From Stylophora pistillata (lineage: Eukaryota), in contig NW_019217869.1 of the NCBI RefSeq assembly GCF_002571385.2, forward strand, positions 423,731-487,730: 64,000 nt of DNA. Direction: 5' to 3'. Position 1 is the stretch's first letter. Every line of letters begins with the position of its first letter. Below, in pieces: positions 38,578 through 50,900 of this stretch. The notes beneath the pieces are model-generated. The model did no database searches and was not told where the DNA came from. It saw nothing but the letters and a program-made list of their open reading frames with translations. The position numbers and the translations under genes were made by a program.

Positions 38578-39670
38578 TAATAATAATAACATATTTAACC
38601 AGGGTAAACCCATCAGCAGAAGCTGTTATTAATAGGTGCCCTGGGAAACAAAAAAATAGATTCTTTTCTCCTTTCCCTCTCCCAACCTTGAGTGGCTCAT
38701 GTAGAAACTCTCAACTCTTGTGGACAATTTCAAACGTGGAGCCTACTTGCAGGCTACTGTTGGTAACTTGGGAGCTTTATCATAGCTTTGAAAGGCTTCA
38801 GTATTTTATCAGCTGTTTGCTGAAACAAGACGACTTACCCCTCCCTACCCGCAATTTTTTTCTTGTGTTAGATTGTAGCAGTCTGTGACTTTTACACTTA
38901 TATGCGGTACATCCAGCAAGGACTGGTGAAGGCAGACGGTAAGTCTGAAAAACCTTTAACCCCTGGTGGCTTATGGCTACGTTTGTAAGAAATATACTCT
39001 GCACTGACAACGGCAACATCAACCATTACAGCAAACTATAAGAGTAAAAGCAACAAAAATAACAACAGAAGTGAAAAAACGTAAAATAGAGCAAAATTCG
39101 GGGTGATTAAAAACAAGTGCCGCTGAAATCATGATAGATCATTGGTCGGTTTTACCGTTAGATCATTAGTTTCAATGAGATCATTGGTTTCCTCCAAGAA
39201 TGAGATCCCACAATTCTCAAGTTATTGCCATAGGGATATTTTTCTGTTCCCATCCGCAGACTTGAATTTTACCGAGTTGTTGTTATATGCGGGCTGTTTG
39301 TGGGTTAAACGTGCCCTTTATTTCACTCTCTGTCTTTCTCTCTCTCTCTCCTCTTCTGCAAGGCCAAATCTTCCTTGCGTCTTGAAATTTTGTAGTGCTT
39401 TTGTAGTATTGGACAGGGCAGTAGTGTTCACATGTGTGAAAATGTCATCGTGTTTGAAGTATGTTTCATCTTTGTTACAACTTGCAGTACAATTTCATTA
39501 ACTGTTGTATTGATTTTGTTATTGTTTGTTTGTTTGTTTTTTTATTTTTTATTTAATTACTAGTAACCGAGATATACTGGGAGCTAATGAGATTGAGGAG
39601 TAAGATGGCACTCGCGCGGTTCGGAATGGAGGGCACAGTCAAGATTCAAAGGAGCAGTGGTCACTCATAG
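31467..39670 (+). CDS. RAB3IP: RAB3A-interacting protein / Rabin8-GRAB (Sec2 family Rab GEF), 416 aa, 10 coding exons
   Basis: Exons 31467-31705, 33343-33472, 35216-35311, 35478-35555, 35891-36118, 36791-36919, 37546-37622, 38257-38356, 38872-38938, 39564-39670 (1251 nt, all GT-AG, in frame). Sec2 coiled coil [53 protein letters not shown]; C-terminal [35 protein letters not shown]. Confidence 0.93.
32642..32693. repeat. 22-bp tandem duplication (GTGTGAATAGTGGGAGCAGGAA x ~2.4)
   Basis: Directly visible. Confidence 0.85.
33807..34300 (+). repeat. Dispersed ~450-bp repeat, copy 1 (RAB3IP intron)
   Basis: Reverse complement of 55870-56310 along most of its length (e.g. TGAACAAGCTTGGTTAATAAAGGATTTATT; GATGGGCTCATCTTGCCCACTCGGGTAGCCAATCAGAAC). 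Confidence 0.8.
34721..34915. mobile_element. Same piggyBac-like MITE family, copy C (RAB3IP intron)
   Basis: AACTCTCAAGATCTGAT..TAATTCTCCCCTCTAGC..ATCAAGATAAC..GGGAGTTAGGGTTA; matches copy D. Confidence 0.55.
34929..35080. mobile_element. ~150-bp MITE (Harbinger-like), copy 1
   Basis: GGTTGTTTGAAGG..GGATAA..GGATAGCG repeats; near-identical to 55498-55647. Confidence 0.7.
37737..37915. mobile_element. MITE in RAB3IP intron
   Basis: TIRs CAATAGCCCATTTC / GAAATGGGCTATTG with further internal inverted matches (GGCCTC..TTTTCAAAACGAG / CTCGTTTTGAAAATGAGGCC). Confidence 0.7.
38547..38590. repeat. (TAA)n microsatellite
   Basis: Directly visible. Confidence 0.9.
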
Positions 39671-42600
39671 CAACGCATGCTCTCTGGTTGAGATATCTTA
39701 CGGGATCCGTAAGTTTTATATCAGGGCTCAGACAAAAGTAAAATTGTATTTTCATGTGAAGTGACTAAGCATACTGTGACTCTGAGCAGCTGTTAGGAAG
39801 CAATGTGGAAATGAATTTTACTGAGTGGTCCTAATAAAAATGAGTCGCTAAAGACTTCAACAGAATTTGTAAGACTTCAATATTTCAATTATTGAAATTA
39901 TCAAAGTATTTATGCTTGCATTTTGTGTTAATGTAATTGAATACGTCATTTAAGGAGTTACAAAGTTAGCAAAATTCGCAAATTTGTGTAGGGAGTCTTT
40001 TTATTCACTCAAGCAAAATTACTCAAATTTTAAAATATTTTCAAGTGTAGAATTTGTGATTTTTATCGCCAAAGGACGGTGCTCGCGTGGGGATATTTCA
40101 TTTAGAATCAAGTTATTTAACGTATTCTTGTAAAATCAGTGTGTATTATTATTTTAGAGCACTGGTATTACATATTACTCCATCACTGACAGAGATTGAT
40201 GGACAAGAATTCTTAGAAACTTTGAAAGGTGGATTTTCACGAACGAGAGGTTTTCTTAGAGTTGTCGTGCGATTTTAATGAGTGATGTTGAATTTGAGGC
40301 CAGGAAATGAATATATATATATAAATAACTCATCAAACAATTTTCTTAAGATAATTTTTTATCAGTAGTTTCTATTTTTCTATGAGGAGGCCCTTCAGTC
40401 TCATTTGTACATAATGACAGAATCTTTTGATGATTTATCCAAAAGAAATAAACCTTCAAGCTTGACGTTGTAGTCAATGTACATGTTTGTTTATGTCTAA
40501 GTTACTAATAAGTAGTCCGGTTGGTATATTTTTGTTGACTAAATATTGTTGCTGTTATCGTTGTTGTATTTTAGACAAGCTTCAGAGTTCTGCATTTACT
40601 TTTCAGTGTGCAGACCTTCCAATATACACAGTAGAAATCTTAACTCTCTCTTTTTGGGTTCCTGTCTTTGAAATTTTCTTCCGTAATAAAAGATGCTGTA
40701 TTTGTGGCCAGCGTAGAACGAAGTAAAAATGCGAGTTCTCGCAAGTACTCGAACCTTAGACTGTTCTGATTGTCTCACCTGAGGCACCATCAATTAATCT
40801 TTGACAGAGTAATCGTCAGTGATTCCGGCTATTTGCAATGCGTCATGTTTTTATTGCAATAATCATCATCATTATCAATACCATTTTTGCTATTATAAAA
40901 ATATTACTTTAATTATGATTTGTCTTACTGTTATTGTGGCTATTTATGCCACAGTTGTAATTGTTATTATTTATTTGATGTAATATCAGTTAGGATTTTT
41001 CATTTTGGAGACCTCATTTAAGTTTTACCCTCGTGTATTACAATCAACCTCTTTTTTCGCCTTGCGGATTTTTAATGACAAGCCATATCCTAATGTTCTT
41101 ATTAAAATCGGACTGCTATGAATAATTCTTGTTTATTATCGGATAGTAATCGTCAATGGTACAAGTGTTCAGTGTTGCGGTGTGGATGTTATCTTTATGG
41201 TGAGCCGGTTTTATTGTGCCGACTCCAATACTCCGAGTCCTTCTGGAACAGATTTGCGGTTCAAATAACTCTTTGTTAGCTTTACCACTTTGACAGGTGT
41301 TAATTTAAAATCATAGGGCCGTTAAATTGTAATAATATTGTTCTCAAAAGCGAACTTTACACGAGCTTCTTTCCATTTTGCATCACTCAACTTGTTACCT
41401 TCTTTGGAATCAATATTATGATCGTTACACGCCCTGTTCGTCCTTAAGAGAAGCTGTTAATTCATTCGCGTCGCGTGAAATCGTAAACACTGCACTAGAA
41501 CGCACAAAAACAAATTTATGGCTGCATATCAGGTAAAGCCTTAAAGTAATAGCTGAGGAAAATGAGTTGGCCGAAACATTGGGGTATTAAAGTTAAAGCA
41601 CAGCGGTTAACTCCCCAAGAACTTGGAGTTTTGAAGTTTCCTATTTTTATTAAATTTGTTACATACATTTTCCATATAGCTGTAATTTCTATTTTTTTTT
41701 CCTACCACAAGAGATGTGAGTGATGAATTCTCGAAAATTTTCATTTACCATTATTTAAACACTACATTGTAGAAACCTATCTGTACCCATCCGTGTTATC
41801 TTTGACATTGTTGCTAAGAGAAAAAACAAAAACCATCGCGAATCGTCTTTCTTATTGTTAGATTTGTGGTTTAGTCGTCGTTTTTGTGATTTTCGAAAGA
41901 GATTTACCCTTTCTTTTGTTTATTTTTGTGGAAAAAAAAAAAGAATAGGAAATAGATAAAAAAGTTTCAACCTGTATTTCAAATGATTTGCATGACTAAC
42001 TTTTTAGTACAATTTTTTTGAACGATGCTTTTAGTTCTTTTACAAGTCTCGTTTATAATTTGTAATCAAGCGAACAAAAACAATAACAGCTAACAGTGCA
42101 CTGAGCACAAACTGTATATCTCACAAACAAGAGACGTACAAAAAACTTACGGCTCTACACGTGGTCGCAGATGAACGTAATGGGTATTAGTTCCCAGTAC
42201 ATTGTTGGAGGCTCTAAAAAGATCGCTCAATTGTTACCGTAAGACTATTAGCGTGTTAATTTACCTCAGAATCTCCTCGATCATTTTACATTTTATCGAC
42301 CCCACAGATCTCACTCTCTGACAAATCTTTATTTTGGTAGAATGTTGTAATTCGTGATAAGTCCATTATTAATTAAACTGGGGATCGCGGCATCGATTTG
42401 TACTTGATTAGGGATAGCTTCCCGCTTACACTCTCTTGGACAATTATATATCCGTTTTGTCAATACGCTGTGACAGGAACTCTAAGTAAGTACAACGCGC
42501 ACAGTTGGTTTTTGCCGCCCTTTTTGTCATTTTAAATGATATTTCTAAGAATGTAGTATATTGGAGGTACTTTGATGGAATATGATATCACTTCTCTGAG

Positions 42601-43252
42601 CAATAAATACCCTTTTTAATGCGTTATTTCTCGAGAGTGAGATAGTGCAGTTTGGAAAGGATTCTCGGTGATTATCCTGTGAAAGATCTCCAAGCAGGTG
42701 TTTGTGACAAAAGAAAGCAGAAAATCATTTGCAACGACGTGAATGCAAATTGTAGTTAGATATTAGCGCACTCTACTTAGTTCTGCGACGGAAACATGCA
42801 GTGTGTGGGCCTGGAGATTTCCTCTGCCAATTTAAGAAAAAACAGATGAAGGTGTTTCACAATTCTGTGGTTTGTTTCGTTTATTCAGTCATTGTTAAGT
42901 CCAGAGCAAGCAGACTAAATATGTTTCCCGACGAGGATTCGGGAGAGTCTGAAGGAAGATAATAAATGGCACTGCCGCGGTAATATGTCAGACGCGTTTG
43001 ATAATTCAGCCAATCGTATATGCGACCACTGACGAGATCGACGTATCATAAACAAAGCTTATTTTGTAATTGTTTTCGCAGGTGAAAATATCGCTCCAGA
43101 GACAAATCATTCGTGCAGAGTTAGGTAGATACAGTCACGTAGAAGCAACGCACCGAGCGCGGTGTTAGAAACGGAAAAAACGCGGGCATCACAACCTGTA
43201 AATGGTGCTTTAACGGTTTGCCCGCGCGGATTTGCCGCGCTGACATCGCCAT

Positions 43253-44209
43253 ATGTTCAGTAACATTACTTCAGAGTATAAAGAGCTGGGCCTTTCCCCA
43301 GGATTTAAGATCTCTATAATAATTGTGCTGGGGTTGGAAATAATTTTTGGTATTTGTGCCAGCTGCACTGTTTTGCTGATATACTGGAACAAGAGAAGTG
43401 TTCGGAGCGTAGCAACAAAGTTCATCGCAAACCTTGCTCTTATTGACTTAATAATCTGCTGTGTTTGTGTTCCGTTCACCATCGCTCGCGTTTCAGGATT
43501 TGCTTATCATTCTGCACTGTTTTGTTGTTGGCATGAGGCTGTTACATCAGCTCTGAGAAATGCGTCGTTTATAACTTTACTGCTGATTTGTTATGACCGT
43601 TACAAATCAGTAACGAACCCGTTTGTGTTAAGACTTACCCACCTCAAAGCCAGGCGCGCTGTTATTTTGGTATGGTGTTTGAGTACTGTTAGTGTTATAG
43701 CACCTTTCCTTGAATGGCGTTGGAAGGCCAAGACATTCTGGTCTTCTGCGTGTATTTTGATGTTTAGCGAGTCAAAGGAACCCTGTTTTTTTCGCCTGTA
43801 TTATATGCCATCGTTTTTATTGTCATGTACGATTCTGCTTCCCGCCTACTTGCGAATATCGAAGGCCGCCTTCTCCAGAGTGCACATACAAGCCATGATG
43901 ATTCGAACGTCGTTCATTGTGCCTGCGACGTTTACGCAAAGGCGAAATGAGGCAATGGTGCGTCAAAAAGAATGGAAAATCGCCAAAATGACTGGAGCAG
44001 TAGTCTGTTCTGTGTGTGGATTATGGTTGCCATACACCACGTTAACATTCTCCATGTATTTTATGAGGCCCTCTAATCTATTGGTTCGTTTAGAGTTCGT
44101 GTTTTTGGCTTTTGGTTACTTCAACTGTGTCTTGAATCCTTTATTGTATGCGTTCACAAAAGAGAAATTTCGCACTGCGTTTTGGAGAACTTTGCCTTGC
44201 AAGAAATAA
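43253..44209 (+). CDS. Class A GPCR, GPR22-like orphan receptor, intronless CDS, 318 aa
   Basis: Seven hydrophobic segments, DRY, WLPY, NPLLY. Motifs matching recalled GPR22 sequence: LEIIFG..TVLLIY, DLIICCVCVPFTI, ALFCCWHEA, PFLE, PLLYAFTKEKF. Probable 5'-UTR splice acceptor at ~43081. Confidence 0.88.
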   Translation: MFSNITSEYKELGLSPGFKISIIIVLGLEIIFGICASCTVLLIYWNKRSVRSVATKFIANLALIDLIICCVCVPFTIARVSGFAYHSALFCCWHEAVTSALRNASFITLLLICYDRYKSVTNPFVLRLTHLKARRAVILVWCLSTVSVIAPFLEWRWKAKTFWSSACILMFSESKEPCFFRLYYMPSFLLSCTILLPAYLRISKAAFSRVHIQAMMIRTSFIVPATFTQRRNEAMVRQKEWKIAKMTGAVVCSVCGLWLPYTTLTFSMYFMRPSNLLVRLEFVFLAFGYFNCVLNPLLYAFTKEKFRTAFWRTLPCKK

Positions 44210-47200
44210 CAGGTAGAGCGGATAATCAACTTTGTGCTCGTTTTCAGTCCCAATTTACCAACTTTATCTTTGGTTTGTTTACTGTAAGGTTTTTTCTTAA
44301 TCGATGTACTTCCCTAGTGGCCTTAAATGCGGAAGATTATCGAAAGGAGTTGAAAAGTTGAAGCACCTCTGCGCTTTTCACAGTTGAGTTGCTTTCCGTA
44401 AGAAATTTATAACCGTGCATTAACACACGTAAAATTAACGTATATTTACTTTTCTACAGGACTTCGTTTCCTTTCGAACAAGTCTGGTTCTTACACTATT
44501 GTAGTCGGATTTCTGTGGCTCAGTGTCTTTATACGAACAATAAAGAAATTTGTGTCCACACAAAGCTGCAATTTTTTTCATATCGTATTTCGGGTCGTTC
44601 GTTGACAAAACGATGAAAAATGCAAATCGAGACCTAAAACACGTACACACATAATCCGAGCAGATGGCATTTGAAAAATAAACTTTCATTTTTCCCTCGA
44701 TTTGCATTTCGGTGGATTCATTAAATAATAAATTAAACGCTTTTCATTTATTTTGAAGATTTAAATAATTTTTAGCCGACTACGAAATAGGTTTTTTGGC
44801 ACTTTTTCGTCCGCACTCTATACGATGGGGCTTTATTGGATCTCGTCTTTAACAAATTCGGTCATTCGTTCCTCCATTGTGACGCGCGAGATAAACATTA
44901 TAGGTCGTAGTTGTGCACTTGTTACGGCAGAGAAATGGCGAAGATGTAAAACACACAGAAATTTGAAACCCGTGTATCGATTGTACCTGTTAAAAAGAAT
45001 TGATGGAATCGTTACTTTTGCAATAAAAGGTTTGAAATGAGACCTTTTGCGGGAATAGGTCAGTAGTTCAGTTGTTCAGTTTACAAATAGGCGTGAATTA
45101 TTAAGCGGCAAACTGAAGCAATTACAGATGCACCTGACGTCACAAGTGTGCTTGGAGCAATTGATATGAAGTTGTTTCAAAGGGGAAGGCTGCGCCGGTT
45201 AATTTGCTGTCAGGATGGAAGGTCAGGTAAAATATTAAAAAGAAAAAATGCGAGAGTGGTGAAAATAAAAACAATAATTATATAAACATCACGAAAAAGA
45301 GTTTCTCTCGTGCACGACATTTGTGGTCGTGTAATGATTTTGTTTGTTAGACACGCGCAAATTATTTATTTCAATTTATTTTTGAAATCTTTGTTGTTCC
45401 CTGTGGTTGATTATTTGAAATTTACTCAGTATTCTTATATTTGAAGAAACTACTCCTTTTACCTTTTATACTGAGATGAGAATTTATGCACAGATCTCTT
45501 CCTCGTGACCGTCGTAACGGAAAATCATCGGAATTTCTCGGGTGATACGTAACTCTAGTCGTTCGATCAATTTATGAAAGGTATGAGAGGCATTCTTCGC
45601 AAATCGTGGGTAGACTCTGGTTTAATGGCACCTCAATTATTTAGAAGATGTAATTTAAATAGCGCACGTTGAAGCTCAGCAATGCTTGTTAAAGCTTCGC
45701 CACCTTTAAAAATGAACTCACCCAAAATGCATTGCGTTTCCATTTCTTTGTCACCATCTGTACAATTTGGTTCTTGCTGGCTAAGTCGATTTTACTAAAA
45801 ATATGATTTTTGTGTAGATTGTCCTATTACGGCGTAAATCGACCAACCTTGTTCATGTTTTTGCGGTTTGGCATCGCTGACGGAAATGCATCCTCCATGA
45901 GTTCGCTAATTTTGAAGGTTGTCGCATAGCAGTGATAATTATGTTGACTTTTAACGAGTTGAAATCAATTCACCGCCGTTAAAAAATTTTTCAACTAAGT
46001 CAAATGTAATCTTGGACGGCATTGGTTTAGCTTCACTTCACTCAGGAGTGATTAGTCCAGAAGAATTGCACCAGCCTCTAAACCAATCACATACAAAACT
46101 AAAGCTAATTGTGTTTCCATGTCATCCGAGTATGAAGGAATGTTTCATGCTTTATTTTGTTGTAACGTTTTTCTCTGTGGCTTCTTTTGCCATTGTTGTT
46201 TTTGTTTTGTTGGTGCATTTGTGTGTATCGTAGTTCACGGAGTGTATAAAGGGTTTGCAATCGGTGTAAAACTGACGCTTTTACCACAGGACAGCACAGG
46301 ACAACACAGGACACCACAGAAAGGCTGATTGTCGTTCGGCGGGACATGCAGCGCACCTGTTTGCGCGTCGGAAAACCTAAGAGTACAGACCAACAGTATT
46401 GTCGTTCATTGTTTTTGTTTTTCAGTTCTTGTCACCTGTCAGGAGCCCATTACCCAGAGAATGGGCTCCTGCATGAGCCATACGCTTTTCAATAACGACT
46501 ATTGAGTCTAACTTAAAAATCTGCATTAGTTTTTGAATGCGAGACACTAACACACGGTCAAACATTTGTACTACGCGACTGAATTACTGGCTGTGATTTA
46601 ACCGTATAAGTCTCTGTCGATAAACAGGGGAAAAAATTATGCAGTCAACTGTCCAAGGTGGGTTATTACTTCAAAGCTGCTAAGGATTAAGTGTAACGAT
46701 TGTCCGCTTGACTGAGTGTTTCAAAAGGGCTCTAGAGGATTCTTAGACTCCTTTGGTTTCTCTTTGCAATTGTTTTGTCTGATTTTTTTTGTCGTAGTTC
46801 TATTTTGTTGGTATGACTATACGATGAACTGTTTACTCCTCTTTTTCCTCCGTGAAATTTGTTATGGTACTAGTTGGGTTTTCATTAAGACAAAGGTAAT
46901 TTATTACGTGATCTGTTTTTCTTTCCTTATGGAACGCTGAATGTTTTTGGCTTGATCGTTGCGGGGGAAGTAAACTTTTGAACAGCTAAGTAATTTCCCA
47001 ATTGCTGAAATTACGTGAGTAAGCACATTTAATTCGCTTCCTGTGACTGAAACATTTTCCTTTTTGAAGTGGAAGTGTGTTTTAAGGTAACCAAAGTAAT
47101 TTGTTCAAATATCCAAATATCACATGGATGATAAAGCGTATTTTTTTTTCCTTCAACGCACATGACGCATGCGATAAACCGCAGGTCATGGCAGTTGCTT

Positions 47201-47914
47201 GAAGTTCATTCTACAACTACTAAGATGAAATAAAAAACTCGGTCTATTCTGAAGATGATTAAAAAAAGAGATTGTTTGTGATGGAAATGGATTAAAACGT
47301 GTTGATTCTTTTGGACCCTTACTACGTTTAGCGGTTTTTCTGTTGAGCAAATATCAGGCTTGACTGGTCGGATGAACAGTTCACTATGTCAACATCGTCA
47401 ATTTTCTTCTGCGGGGTTTTAATAATGGCCTCCCACTTCTAACCGTAATTCTACCCTTTCGCGAGTGTAGAGCGTGCAAATGTTTACAATGCAATCCTTA
47501 AACGTGCAAATATGTTGCAAAAATAAAACATTAGCAATTGATGAGCAGCATAGGTGAAAACTGCAGTGTCAAACGCTAAACTGCCAGTGTCAAACCCTAA
47601 ACTGCAGTGTCACGGTGAAGAGAGAGGGAGAAAAAATTATGCTGACTCCTAATACATCATGGCGGTTCTCAAGATGAGCTATTGTTTCTAGATCGGAAAA
47701 CAGTGCACAGTAAACAGCTTGCTCTTGTGGGAAAATTACTTCTTACGAAGGCAATTAACCCGATATTATTCTCATGTTAATTTCGTGTTTTTACGCTTCA
47801 TCGAGTTTTTTGTGACGAAGCTGGAAGCTAATATAATCTTAGATATGCAAGCCTTATAGAACATTCCTGACACCGAAAGAGCCACGCAGTTTGTTGCTAA
47901 AACTCTTCGCGAAC

Positions 47915-50900
47915 ATGGATCCCGCAGTATCTGAGGAACATTTGAAAAAGTGTCGCTGGATCAAGGTGAACTGGGCATGGACCAAAATCGGCAGAGTAAA
48001 CCTTGGAATTTTCTTGAGGTTCAACCCAGTAGTGAGTATTTTGTCGTCCTTTTTTATTTGGGGCTTCGTAATTTGGTGCATGGTCGAGTCAGAAGCCGCG
48101 AGCAAAGAGATGGGAATTTGGAAGATGTGGATCACGGAGAAATTCACCTGGATGTACATCGGAACCCAGGACATTTGGGCTGTGATCATTATAATGCTGT
48201 ACTTCTCTAAGTTCGCCAACATGAAGCTGGGAAGGGACGACGAGGAGCCGGAGTTCAGTGACGCATCCTACTTTACGATGTTGTTTGCGGCGGGTATCGG
48301 AATTGGTTTGTTCTTCTTTGGAGTTGGTAAGTCAGAAGTAAACATCAATATTTTACGTTTCACACAATGCAAATGAACCACTTGTTGCATAATCGTAAAA
48401 TATTGTTGAGTGAAACCTTCCATCTAATGACGTATAACGTCTTACTGAAGTCTTCAAACTATCTAGAAATTTTTTAGATAGTTTGAACGCTTCAGTAGCT
48501 CATTATAAGCTCAAAGAATACAAACTTTAAGATAAGTGTATTCTGACGCAGATGTTTTCCGATGCCCTTTTAGACTTTTCAGCCACGGATTAGCCCAACA
48601 CACCCATTTGAACAGGGTCAAGGAGCTTGGTTTTTATGTTGTTTCGGAACGCGTTGCACAAAAATATGTTGCTTTTGTCGTTTTTTCATGTTTAGTTCTG
48701 TTTCGATGATCGGTAAACCTTTGGAAACAAGGTTACCTTAAGGACAACGGGAAACAACTTAGATATTGTATATCAGTGAACATTTGAAAAGAAATCCGCA
48801 AGATTGAAAACTCGGTTTTTTTTTCCGAAGCCTTATTTTTTTGTACGAAAGAGTTACATTGTTACCTTCAACGGTGTCAGCTGATGTAATCGTAGCGAAA
48901 AAAAACACCTCTACGAACAGATGGCTGAAAGAAAAAATTTACTGAAGGTAACAAGAGTTAGATCTGCTTGTACCCCATGTTACTTGTGTAATATTTCGTA
49001 CCATTATTCAAGTATTTGTTTTAAAAACAAATTCTCTCAGAAGTCTATTTAGTTTTATAGAGGTATGATTGTAAAATTACGCAGTTTGGAAAACCTGCAA
49101 CGGACTGCCTTTTGTGACCTGCAGCTGTTTGGATTTCGACGCATAGATTTTTAGGAGGCAATTAACGGACAGTTTGGCGTAGTGGTTTTGATTTGAATTG
49201 AGAGAGTAAATAATTCAATCATTTGGCCTATGATGACAAAAGACTGTGAATAATGTTTGCATGCGCAAGCGATGGGTTTTAATCTTCATTGTCTCCAAAT
49301 ATTAGAACGCTGAGCCCAAGAAATGAAAACTTTGTCTCCGTGGACGGAAATTCGTTCCAGGTCAATGCCGCTTTTGACTCTTTGCCTGTTCCTTTCCGTT
49401 TGATGTCTATTTTATTTAAGGATAAGGGTTAAAAAGTGATCAAAATGTAGGGAAATCAACAGACGCCTTCATTAAATCGGTGATATTTGGATTAAAGATT
49501 CATGTGATGATCACACGTAAAGCGTGTGATGGTCTGTGCGCTTCGTGATAACTTAATCCGGGTAGGAACTAGTGTTGGTATGCAACAAGAGAAAGAATTT
49601 ATCGATCATTTCCTTTGATCATTTTTACGTACTTACACTTGTTGAAACAACTGAAAATTAATATCAACTGTATCCTGGTATTTCTTTGTGTGGTTGTTGC
49701 CTGCTAATGACAGAAATAGCTAAAATACCTGTAGCCCACGCGAAGTGATTTAATGATGTTCACGTAAATTCGAGAATTGAAAAGTTTAAGTCAAAACAAC
49801 AACACCATATTTTCTTGGTGTGTGAAAATTCATTGTTGTGATCACTTCTCGGACACAAAATTCGGAAAGATTCATAGAGTAGACTTTATCATTTGGTTTC
49901 CGAAATAACTTTACTGTTAGAAGGTTCCTCTGTTTTGCCGCAACATGTCAGAGAGCTATACTTTCTTATTACGCGATTGGTTGCTTGGTGACGTGAGTTA
50001 AATACACTGAAAGAGAATTAAACCCTTTGTTCTGCGTAAACATAACGGTTCAGTAGCTTGTCATCATTATCATCTTACTTTCAGTTGATTCCATCAACAG
50101 CTGGAAGGGAAAAAAAGAACACTTGATATTGGCCTTTGATATGATAATTCTGGCGAAGAACCAATTCTTATAGGTCAGCTTTGTAAGACGTGCAGAGGCA
50201 TGCCAAGCTCTCCTTTTAGACCTTTCATACAAGGACATGCATGATCGTTACGATATTAGTCAAGGGGAATAGGACTCTGAAAGCCCGGAGGTCCAAATCA
50301 AGGAGGCTTGCATACAAATTTTGACCGAATAGATTTCCCTTTCTCACATTTAGAATAAAAACACTGTGTCCTTTGTGTCCCTTTCTATCCCCAAAAAAGA
50401 GGCAGGATAAACAGAAGACGCGCTTTGATCAGAAATTTTTGTGCGGGTAACCCCCAAGATGCCACAAGGCTATGATCATTTGAAAATACCGACGCCACAA
50501 ACGAATTATTTATTAGAATCTTAGAAAAGGACAGTATTCCTAAGGCCCTTCTATATCTGCAGTCAGATCCATGATAAAATATGTAGTCTATTGAATGGGC
50601 ACCTACAATTATGGCCACCTACAGTCATGGCCAAAAGTCACGAGACAGTTAAGAAAAGGATGTGCAAGTTACTCATCCTTTGTTTTCTAGACAGTACTTT
50701 CTCCCAGGGTTTTGGTTCCTTTGTAATCATTTGCCTCATTGTTGTCCTCTTTCTTACTTTTCAGCCGAGCCGATTTACCATTACGTCCCAGGACTTAATG
50801 GAAATCGTTATGTCAACAGGTAAGGTTTAATACATAGACTTGACTCTCACAGAGGGGTCGCCATATAGAAAGGAATCTCTCGAATCTACGTTGTCGTGCT

